Shown piece by piece: positions 24,701 to 36,700 of a DNA stretch of 64,000 bases (its first letter is position 1; the number at the start of each line of letters is the position of its first letter). Source of the stretch: Mobula hypostoma. Its lineage: Eukaryota. The notes below the pieces were generated by a model. It was not told the DNA's origin. It was given only the letters and a program-made list of their open reading frames with translations, and did no database searches. The stretch is taken from positions 34,038,001 to 34,102,000 of the forward strand of contig NC_086114.1 in NCBI RefSeq assembly GCF_963921235.1. Direction: 5' to 3'. The position numbers and the translations under genes were made by a program.

Positions 24701-27700
24701 CATCAATCCTTTGTCAGCTATTGAGGCCTGAAGAGGAAAACTGTCAACTAATCCAAATTCTATTTCCTTCCATCTAGCCTTATATTCCCTATTACACCAA
24801 TATAACAGAGGGGTTATTTGTGAGGCATAAAAATAATTTCTCAGGCAAGGAAGAACCATACCTCCTCCTTCCTTCCCTAACTGTAAGGTGTTATATCGAA
24901 TTCTAGGTTTCCTTCCTTGCCAAATGAAGCGGGAAATCCATTTGTCCCATTCCCTGAATTGATAATCATCCACCTCCACCGGTAAAGTACGGAAAAGATA
25001 CAATAACCGAGGAAGAATATTCATTTTTATAGTATTTATCCTTGAATTTAAACTTAAAAAGGGGATAAGATTCCATCTATGCATATCTGCTTTTATCTCT
25101 GAGATTAATGGCCCATAATTTACCTGTGACAGTGTTGAAAGATCCTTCGGCAGGGTTATTCCTAAATATTTTAATGATTTAGCTTCCCACTTAAGATCGT
25201 ATGTATCCTGCAATATTTTGGATGGTGTATAATTTAGGGACATAACCTGCGTTTTCTTTACATTTATTTTATAACCTGATATTTTCCCAAAGTCATCCAA
25301 CAGTGTAAACAATCCTATAAATGATTTTTCTGGTTCACTCAGATAGACCAAAACATCATCTGCGAATAACGCCACTTTCTGTTCAATCCCTGCCACCTTG
25401 ATACCTTTTACGATTTCGCTCTGTCTTATTAGTTGGGCAAGTGGTTCAATATATAGCGCAAAAAGGAGAGGAGAAATTGGGCATCCCTGTCTAGTGCCTC
25501 TCTCTAAAATGAAGGAGTCAGAGAGGTCCCCATTTATCTTAATTCGGGCTGTAGGGCTGTCATATAGAGTCTGAATTACTTTAATAAACCTTTCTTGAAA
25601 GCCGAATCTTCCTAACACTCTGTGTAGGAACGCCCAACTAACCGAATCAAAAGCTTTCTCAGCGTCCAATCCTACTACCATTGTCTCTGTCTCGTTCTTA
25701 TTAACCTGTTCTAATATGTGCAGAGTTCTCCTTATGTTGTCCTGTGTTTGTCTTTGTTGAATAAATCCAGTCTGGTCTAAATGGATTAGGCCAGGTAAAA
25801 GCTTTTCCAATCTGTGCGCTAATATAGATGTAAATAGTTTGTAATCTAAATTAAGAACACTAATTGGCCGATAATTGCCACATTCTAGTTTATCTTTACC
25901 CTCTTTAGGAATAACTGAAATAATCGTTTCTCTCCAGGAAGGTGGAGTTTCTCCTCTCTGCAAGATCCAATTAAAGTTGTTAAGTAGTAATGGGGCTAAC
26001 TGTGTCTTCAGGGACTTGTACCACTCTGAGGTAAACCCATCAGAACCCGGGGACTTTCCAGCCTTTAACCTAGAGATGGCCACGTTCAGTTCTTTGACAG
26101 TTACTGGTTCTAATAAACTTTCATTTTGTAAATCTGTAAGTTTGGGTAGATCTAAAAAATTCAATACACTGTCTATATAGGGCTCATTGGGGGCCCGGGG
26201 TTGGGAGTACAGCTCTCGATAATATGTTTCAAAACTCTCTTGAATTTTCCCTATTGTACTCTCCACAAGCTTTGTCTTTGGATTCTTATTTTATGAATTG
26301 TATTGTCTGCTTGTTGTTTTCGTAATTTATATGCTAATAATCTAGCTGATTTACTTCCTACTTCATAATTCTTTTGTCTCAGGTAAAGAAAATTTCTTTG
26401 AGTTTCCAACGTATAAATATCATCAATTTCACTTTGCAATTTCCTAAATTCCTGTTTTCGATTTGAATTACTTTTGTTGCTATCTACAACTTGAAGTTGT
26501 TTTAATTTTCCTTGAAGGTCTGCTAATTTTTGTGCATTGATTTTTTTCATGTGAGTAGTAATGGAAATAATTTTCCCTCTCAGTACAGCTTTCAATGTAT
26601 CTCATAAAATCACTGGTGATGTTTCTCCCGTGTCATTAAGGTCTAGATATTCTTTGATTTCTCCCCTTAATCTCTCCATTACTTTCGGGTTATTGAGTAT
26701 ATGTGAGTTTAGCCTCCATAGTGTTTTCCTCATTTTCCTTTCCAGGATTAGAGACATAGAGACTGGGCTATGATCCGACAGATCAATTGTTGCAATATTA
26801 CAGTTTTTTATCCTGAGTCTATCTGTATTAAAGATAAAGAAATAGTCTATCCTTGAATAGGCTGAATGAGGGAAAGAGTAATATGTATAATCTTTACTAG
26901 TAGGGTGTCATTCCCTCCAGACATCTATAATTCCCAACTCCTCCATCAATGAATTCACTTTCTGAGTCAGAGGTTTATTCTGAGTAACTATTCTTGAAGA
27001 ATCTAATATAGGATTTAATCTAATATTACAATCCCCTCCACAAATTACTACCCCTCGAGAACTGACCATTAGGTCAAAAATGTGTCTATAAAATGACCAT
27101 TCACTACCTGGAGGAGCATAAACATTCAGCAATGTTATTTCTGTACCTTCTATTCTTCCTGTGATTTTTACAAACCGTCCTTCTTTGTCTCTTGTCTCTG
27201 AAATATGTTCATAATTAAGATTACTTGATATTAAAGTAGCTACCCCTCTTTTGTGACTCAATTTATATGATGAATAAAATATATGCTTAAAGCCCATTCT
27301 TTTTAATTTTCCATGTTCAGATTGGCTCATATGTGTTTCCTGGAGGAAAGCTATTTGTACCCTCTCTTTTTTCAATAATCTTATTTCTTTTAATTGGATT
27401 CAAAACCCCATTAACATTATAGGAAATTATTTTTACCAATTCAGTTTGCATTTTTCTCTGGTAGGAAAAAAAGCACTCTCCTTTTCTAACCAAACAGTAA
27501 GCAATCCCTTCTCAACAGTAAACCAAGACATATAACCACACCCTAGACATTTCTGAACGTATAACATTTGAAAATTTTTCCCGACTTCCCACAGTGAGGC
27601 CTGAGCCCCGACCCGCCTCAGTTCAGAGGGATAACCTCTATCTTCACCCTGTGTTAGAGGGCCCTCAGCAGTTTGAATAATCATAGAGAATTTTCTCCTA

Positions 27701-30700
27701 TTTATGTCTCGACCATATTGCTATCATTCAAGTTATTCCACCTAGTTTATTTTCAGTTACCCGTTTTCATTTTACTTTTAAGTCCGATTTACTCTTTTCA
27801 GTCATTTCTCTTAATTAATCTGTATTCTCTGTACATTCGCGTCTGAATATTTGCAGCTTTTCCTTGTAGTTTGACACTCTGGTTCGAGTGGAGCATCCTC
27901 GCCCCACTAACTGCCTCGACTTCTGCCGAATCCTCTCCAGTAGCGACTCCGGTTGGGTGATAACTTTAATAGGTAGTCCCCGGTCCGCCAGGTCCAACGT
28001 TGCCTCCTCCACTGTAGCGTAAGTTTTTGTCCCTTCGTCGTAAAAGACTCTCAGCCGAGCTGGATACAGGGTCTGGAATCTGATGTTGTTTTCCTTCAGA
28101 ACCCTCCGTGTTTCCGTATATTCCTTCCATCTGGCAAGAATCCCCGGTGCATAGTCGTGGTCTAAACTGATTTTGCAGTTGTTCCACATGAAACCTTTCT
28201 TTTGCCATGCTCTTTTAAGCACCTCTTCCTTCGTTCTGTAACTGAGAAATCTGATCAGAATCCATCTGGGCTGGGCGCCTGCCGGGGGCTGTGGTGCCAA
28301 CGTGCGGTGAGCCCTTTCTATCTGTAGGTCTTTTGCGGCCGGTATATCAAGGTTCTCTCTAAGCAGCTTCTCCACGAAGGGAATCATCAATCCAGGTTTA
28401 CCTTCGGTTCCTTCGGGAACTCCGTAAATCCTCACATTTTCCCTTCTCGAGCGGCCTTCTTGATCTATTAGCTTCCACTGGAGCTGGTCTTGTAGCTTCA
28501 GCATTTCTGCTATCACTTCCTCAGCGTTGTGTAGCTTCTCTTCAATTCCAACAATCCTCGCTTCGGCTTCATCTATCCGCGAGTTAGTTTTTACTATTTC
28601 TCCTTTAATATCTTCCAGCTGTTTGCTGTTATCTGTCGGAACTCGCGAATCTCTCCGAGAATCAAAGACAGAGTCACCGATTCCCCCTCATTATCTCTGT
28701 CCTGGCTTGCCGTGGGGGAGCTAGGCCCGTCGCCTTGCTGCGTCTCTTTATGTTTATCAGCCTTCGGAGCGGACTTTTTATTCTTGTTCTTAGACATCAT
28801 CCTTGCCCCTTTTATTAATATAGTTATGCAATATTAAGTATTTGTCTAAATTCGATTTTGGGGCAGTTTACCTTCTTTTTTGTCGAGAGACCTTTTCCTT
28901 ACGCCGCCATTCCCTTGATGACCCGGAAGTCCTCCCCAACTATTGCTGTTTCATTACCCACATGACTGCTTATTGCTGACCTTGAATGTTTAACTTTTGT
29001 TTTCTATATAATTTATTAGTTTTGAAGGATCTGGGCTTTGACCTGAATTTATTGCCCATTCCTAATTACCCTCGGAAAAATGGCAGTTACAGTTAATGGA
29101 GTATTTTTGGAATTAACCACATGAAGTCATATAGGCACACCTCTTGGTCTCTGAGTTGCCAGTTGAGATGAAATATTCATTTTGTGTTTTTTTATTTCTA
29201 TTTCTGTCTGTTCTGTTTCTTTTATGTTTGAGTTTCATATAGAAAATTAATTCTTGAATTTTGATACACTTTACTAATACATTCCAATTATGTTTGCTTG
29301 CTGCTTTTAATCTCTACACCACTGGTAGATATTGCTTAGGCCTTAATATTTGTAATTTCCTCTTCCATATTTGCCCTAACTCAGCCACTCCACATAATGT
29401 TGTAATTGGGTACTAAATGCTGATCTTACAACTGATGCCTCATTTGTTCACTGAGTGTGTAAGGGTTCTTGCTGTGAGTGCAACTTTATAAAACTTTGCT
29501 CTTTTAATCTTCTTTCTATTAATGTATCCTTGAATAATTTGAAAGTATATTTTTATACATTGCTGCAGCAATAGCTTAAAGCTATTCCACGATGCGAGAG
29601 TGAGGACTGTTATCTTCAAATTTCAAAATTGTTTTTTCTTTTCTTATAGTTTTTGAAGAATATTATCAAATAACTAACAAAGATGTTGAAGACAGCATTA
29701 AGGATGAAATGTCTGGCACATTTCAGATGGGAATGTTGGGGTTAGGTAAGGATATACTTATTCGTGCTACATCTACATTTGTAAATGTTACAAACTCAGA
29801 TAAAATTGTGATCCACAAGGCTGTGCCTTTGCAGAAAGGTGGATCTTTAACATCCAGGAGGAATAAGCAGAAATTTCCTTCTAAATATTGGGAAGGCCAA
29901 AGTCCTTGTCTTTGTATCATCAACTCAACGCATCGACTCCATCGTTCTTAACAGCAATTGACTGAAACTGAACTAAGCTCTTTATAACTTTATTATTGTA
30001 TTTGTTCTCAGGATGAAGTTCTGACCATTTATCTGTGCCATCACTAAGACCACCAATTCTCAAACCTATAACAAGAAAATGTGTGATTTGGTCTTGCTTT
30101 TTCCCCCATGCCAGCCTATTGTCTATCCTCTGTAAGAAAAAAATCAACACTGAAAATTCCACTGTTTTTCTTTTAACCAGTAACTCCTGTTCAAATACTA
30201 CCTTGCCCTTATGTTGCTTTAAATTCTTCCTCCCTCTCTAATCACTGAAGCTCTCTAAGCCTAGCATGCATCTGGACTTCTCCAATCCTAGTAAATTTAG
30301 GCTGTAAATCTTTTGATTATATTTACTGATTTTTGGCAATCCCCAATCCTACTGTAGAATATAAAGTTACACAAAGAGATGCCACATACACTCCAAACTT
30401 TGTACAAAAGGCGTATTTGTTTAGTCTGTATATTTTCATGGTAGTGACTGTACTTTTTCACTTCTGTTCACTGCAGTTCAATATGCTAAGAACTCAGCTG
30501 GCTATTTTGCAAGTAAGCTTTATGAAGCCATGTCGGTAAGCATTAATGAAAAGTCTTTTTTTTTAATTTAACTTTCATTTATTGGACTTGTGTAAGATTA
30601 CTTTCTCCATTTTGGAGATCCTGTGAAGTTGCCTTCGTCCCTATGATTGGAAACTGAGTCTTTTTGAGCTTAGTGAATACTAACGCATAATTTAAATGTT

Positions 30701-33700
30701 ATTTGCAGAAATAAATACTGGAATTACTATAACTCACATGCTGTAATAATATTTACACAAGTTGGTGAATTGTTGAAATTGATCAGCATTTGTATAAGTT
30801 GCATATAGTGAGGATTTCTGTTACTTGGATTCTTGTGAAATAAAATTAACCTGATTTGCTAAATGCAAAGCTACAAAGACAATGTTTGAAGTAGAATCCT
30901 CAGGCAAAGTAATTGTTCCAATTTCAATTGTTCGTCCTCCTCAGTGTTGAAGAGAATTGCATTGTCAAAGTTGAGACCACATTGGAGGTCTTCAGAATGG
31001 ATTCTATTATGGATACAACAACTCTGGTTAAGCTATTGCGTTAGTATCTGGAGGCCTGGAACTTGAATCTTACACAGTAGCTACAAAATTTAAATTCTAT
31101 TATAACTATTCTTTGATTTACAAAAGGGATACTGTTTCAAAAAACACTTCACTTGGTGAGTATTTCGTAATCGATAGAACTGGACAAAATATATTATTGG
31201 AATTCTCATATAGAGAGTTGTGTCCTATTTGCCGAAGCAAAAAGCATAATCAAAGATATATGTCCTGAGTCAAGGAGGTCATAGAAAACTTTTGTAATTT
31301 ATAAATTGCAGAGCACCTGCTGGTAGGTAAATATGAATTTAAAAGCTGATATCAGTAAAGATGACCATGAAACTACTGCATTACTGTTTAAAAACCCAAC
31401 TGCCACTGATTCCGCACCAGATGTTAAACTCTTAATTGCTGTTTCAAGATCAATTGTAAAAAGCTGGCACTGCCCTATCCTATAAACAAATATATGCAAA
31501 CAAAGTTCATTTAACTTGGGCTTACAGTCAAATTAGAATCAGGTTTATTACCACTGACATATGTCATCAAATTTGCTTTACAACAGCAGTACAGTGCAAC
31601 GTCAAAAGCTGTAAGTTTTAAAAATAAATAATGCAAAGGACAAGTAACAAGGTAGTGTTCATGAGTTTATGGACAATTCAGAAATCTGATAGCAGAGAAG
31701 AAGAAGCTGTTCTTAAAACATTGAGTGTACATCGATCCTGTACCTTCTCCCCGACCTTCTGCAGCCTCTTGTGATCCTGTGGATTGAAGCTCCTTACCAG
31801 GCTGTGAGGCAACAAATCAGAATGCTCTCCAATGTACATCTTTATAAATTTGCAATTGACCTTGGTGACATTTCATAATATGTTTTAAAAGTACATTCAG
31901 TAATTCAAATAAAATGCATCCAGTTGTTTACGTATTATTAAAGCAATCATTGTTGTTCGTCCATCATTGACGTCGATGAGGACCTTGACACCATTATGAT
32001 GGTGTCAAGACTAGCGTGTGATTTGGATTTAAGTGAGGGAGAGTTGCGCAGCATCAGCCTCACTCTCTCTTCCCAATTCCCATCTGGATCCAGTGGCAAG
32101 ACAGAGTCTAGACGGCTGGAGGTGGGACTAGGCGCAGTGGATGCCCAGGACGTCTTCTGTGTCTTGTCCTGCTCTACACGTTCCACGACGCTTGCAGAGA
32201 CCGCCTTCTTGACCGTTGGACCTTCCATTGGTCTCGTCCACTCAACCCGCCGGAGTCTGTCTTCACATGCTGGGATAGACAACTCCCTATCTCACCGAGG
32301 GTTTGAGACTCGTCGGCTACCCTCACCTGGTTTAGCCGGCTTGTGGAAGCCGTTGCCCGGGGTGTGGCCGCTGTCGCATGCAAACAGCTACGGGGAGCTA
32401 CAGGTGAGAGCTGAGTGCCAGGTGGGGACCAAAGGTGGACTAACCACCCTGAAAAGGACGCGACATGTTCCCCCACCAGAGGTGCTACCCCTCCCTGACA
32501 CCCCATAAACCCCACAGCAATCATTATACCTTCTGTGTATGTGAAAAATCCTAATGGCGACACTGATTGTTTATGTTATTAGCTGGTAATAATTGTGCAG
32601 GAGACAGTGGACAGGAAATTGGAACAGTAGTGTAAATATTACCATTACATCAATGAATCCAGCTGCCATGAAAACAATGGAGCTCTTTTGGTACCTGGTG
32701 GTAGAAATGGATGCTAGTTGAATACTGGTGAGAAGTACTATCCACATTATATACTTGTTCAGTAATTTAGTTCACTAAGCCAAATAGATTCTTTTGTTTA
32801 AAATATGGAATAAGAGATCAAATTCAGAATTATTTTGCTTTTGGAAATTAATCCAAACAACAATTCATAGTTAAACAACATTGTTAATGTAGGTCAAATA
32901 TACCAAGGAAACTCCCAGCAGCAAAATCCATGTAAAATAGTGTTAGAGCAGTGTGACTCATCTGGAAGAAAGGAGGTGAGAATAGACCAAAAGAGAAGAA
33001 ATGCGAAAAATTTAGGGGAGAGAATCTCTTCACAGTTGAAGGTACACCATCCATATGGGGTGATTAAAACTGTGGATGCTCAAGTGGCTAAAAATTTAAA
33101 AGTGCAGATATCCCTAAGTGGATGGGTGAGATGCCCATTGTGGGAAGTGGGGAACTCAAATTGATATTTCTAAAATCAAAGACTATTTAACATTATGAAC
33201 TATATGATGGGTAAATGAAATTTGTTGCAAATTGGGATACTAGAAGCAGAGCTTGGTATCACAGTGCCTTGAAAAAATATTCAGCCCCCACAACTATTTT
33301 CACATTTTACTGTCTCAACTTCCAAATTCTAAATATGTTGAAGTAGGTTTTCTGAGCTAATCTACAAAACATTATGCATTACTCAAATTAAAAGAAAAGT
33401 TCCAAAACCTGTCAACAATTTACTATGAATTAAAAACCAAAATTGTGAGGCTGAAAATGTATTCATTCCCTTTGTAATTACTACACTAACTTTCCTCAGG
33501 TGCAATACTGTATATTACCTTACCAACTTACCCAATTTATTGATGTAGAAAATTAGAGGATCACCTGAATAAATACCCCCTCTCCCTGTAAGGTCCAACA
33601 GTATGGAAGATTTTCAGCAGACCAAACCAAAATGAAGACAAAAGACCATTCAACACAAGTCAGGGAAATGATAGTAGAAAAGCTCAAATCTGAAGAAGGG

Positions 33701-36700
33701 TACAAAACCACCTCAAAGTCACTGAACAGACCTCAGAGCTCAGTGAAGTCCTTTGTTAAAAAAGTGGGGAAAAATACAAAACCACAGCCACTCTGCCTAG
33801 GTCAGGCCCCCCTCTAAACTTAGTCATTGGAGAAAAATGGCACTTGTAAGAGAGACTACTATGATGCCAACAGCCACTCTGTGTGAGCACCAGAAGCCAC
33901 AGGTTGCAACTGGAGATGAAGTTCATGGCTCCATAATCTCTAAGGCCTTGCACAACATGGGTATTTATGGAAAAGAGGCAAGGAAGAAGCCCTGGCAAAA
34001 AACAAAGCCTATCCTCACCTGTAAAAACATTACAAAGTATCACTTAGAAGGTCTGTGGTTGGTGAGACTGAAGTGGAACTTTTTGGCCTCAACACTAAGT
34101 GATATGTGTGGTGCAAATTTAATGCTGCGCATCAGCCAGCTAACACCATTCCTACTGTGAAGTATGGTGAAGGGTAGCATCATGCTATGGGATGTTTTTC
34201 AGCAACAGGGATGGAACTCTGGTCAGAAATGATGGGAAGATGAATGCTGCTAAGTGCAGAGAGATCCTCGATAAAAATTGGCTAGTCTCTGCTAGAAAGC
34301 TCGCTTAAACTGGGGAGGAAGTTCATCTTTCTGCAAAACAATGACCCAAAGTATGCTGCCAGAACAACCATGGAGTGGCTTCAAATGAAGCAAATTGATG
34401 TTCTTAACTGGCCCAGTCCGAGTCCTGACCTTAACCCTTTTGACATCTCTGGCAACACCTGAAGATTGCCATCCACTGCTGTTCCCCAACTAACCTGGCA
34501 CAGCTTGAGCAATTTTGCAAGGAAAATATGGGCAAATCTTGCTCCATCACATTGTGCAAAGCTAATGGAGACTTATCCAATAGGATGCCTGACTGCAATA
34601 GCTGCGAGAGATGGCTCAACTGAGTATGGAGCAAAGGGGATAAATACTTATGAACTGCTGACATTTCAATTTTAGAATTTTTTAGTTTTTCATGCTTTAC
34701 AATTTTCCCTGTTTTTGGGCTCTACAGTGGGAGGGGAAAAAAGGAGAATGTGATTCACAAACAAAAATTCTCACTTAAATTGATAAAAATCCCTGGGTGC
34801 AATACTCATTTATGTGAACAAAGGGTTAGGGTGGAATAGTTTTACAAGGCACTGTAGCTACAGATTTACAGAAGGTAGAATGTTGGATTGCACAATCTGT
34901 AGGGTCTTTCTATTGAGGATGGAGAGATTAAAAAGGCACAGATCAGGAAATTAAGAATTGCAAATTAGTGAGGGGAAGTGGTATGGAAATTTTTTAAAAA
35001 TCAGCCATGATCTCATTGAATGTGGATCTGGCAGAGGGGGCAGAGTGACCTACTCCTGCTTCTGGTTCTTATTCTCTAACTTCACAAAGGGTGAGTTGAA
35101 GCAATGTCCTAGTAATTGACATGGACAGAGGAGGTCAAGTGACCTATTCCTTCCTCTGTTTCTTAGAGACTATTCACCTTTCATCTCTACTGTCCTCAGT
35201 TCCGCTAATTCTCTTCTCTCTGCATCTCCCAATTCCTATTAGGTCTTCTGCCAGTTACACCTTATGGTCATAGATTTGGAGGAGCTGAGGAGAGTAGAGA
35301 TGAAAAGCCTGGGGTAAAGCCGTGAAGGGACTGGGATATCAAACAAGGATTTTTTTTTCAGGCTAAGCAAATATAGATCAAAGTATAGCTGTGTTGAAAG
35401 GAAGATTCAATCTGTTGTTGAGTAAGGACAGTAGTTAGGCAGATGAGATGGAAAGTCATTGGAGAGAAGCCAATAAGAAGAGCATTGGAATACCTCCCTG
35501 GAGTAGTCATTCACAATTCAGAATTATGATTCGCAGATGACTGATTTTAAAATTATTTTTGTCTTAAACAGCTCAACCAAGCAAAGATGGTGGGAACATT
35601 TTTGGTCTAGAGGTTATCTTGAACTAAATTTTCAACTTAAGTATTTGCATTACTGTAGTCTGTAAAATGTACTTGTTAGAATGATATTCCGAGGCTGTGA
35701 AATCCCTTTGGACACAATTTTCATTGCATGACAACTCTAAGAAAATCCAGCTAACAGAATTAAACATGGTACATGGCCAATCTATTGAAGTCACAAAAGC
35801 ATTTGACCAATCAACAGGACTGTAAAGCGTAACTGACTGCTTGTGTTGTCCTCTGAAATTCTTCTTCATATCTGCACACATAATGGCATGTGTGTTTTAA
35901 TCTACCTAATAGATCTACACCAGTCTTGACTTGGTGTTGACTTGTGTGGAACAAGGCTGCATTGTTGGCCCATTGCTTTATCAGTGCTTCTCACAGTTTC
36001 CCATTGGAGATAAACTAATCTGCAACAGCAAATAGAAAACTGTTCAGCCTATTTACAATCACTTCAGAACTAAAAGCATACCAACTTCAGTCACTGAGCT
36101 GGAGTATAGAGACAAAGCTTATCCAGGAGCACAAGCCAATGCCCCAATTCATCAACAACCATTTCAGTGAAGCGTAATAAGGGAACAGCCTCACAATAAA
36201 CATCTACACAATACTGCCCTCCCAACCACAAAAACTACAAGACCTTCTCTAAAAATGATCATGCTCCCTATCTTGCAGTAAGTAATTCCACAATGCTGGC
36301 AGGCCATGATGATGAAACACCATCTCCCGCTGTTTGCCCTCTGAATAAAAGTGTATTTGAAGATCCAGGAACTGAAACCCATCATTCTTATGGGGTACTG
36401 ACTGGCAGTGATCTATGCCCTCTTGCATAGTTCTGGGGCAAGGAGTGTATAAAGCAGGCATTTCAATAACAGCAGAGAGATACCACCAATGTAGTCTCTG
36501 CCAAATCCTCCAATTCCACTGGCTGGATTAGCAGTCCCCCCAACGACATTGTCAGTGCTGTTCCTTAGGTGAACATCCACAATACTGAACATTAAACTCT
36601 GTCAACTGTGTTCACATACCCAACACCAGCATTTCAAGCTGCCACTCTATCCTGAGCTCAGTCACAAAATGAGATTACCAGGAGCAAGAATGTTGTCCAG

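Larger units (their letters stand above)
23126..28936 (-). mobile_element. Full-length L1-clade LINE (5.8 kb), young but disabled
   Basis: 16-bp TSD CAACTATTGCTGTTTC (23110-23125 and 28937-28952); poly(A) tail at 23126; ORF1 28800-27815; ORF2 27451-23672 with endonuclease, RT and CCHC finger. Confidence 0.96.

Noticed and set aside
24068-26266. 732-aa ORF as an independent or domesticated gene
   Set aside because: It is the RT portion of L1 ORF2, delimited by a frameshift and a premature stop within a TSD-flanked element.
31947-32563. Overlapping 111-170 aa ORFs (likewise 46257-46792)
   Set aside because: Expected from GC-rich, stop-poor non-coding elements; no recognisable domains.
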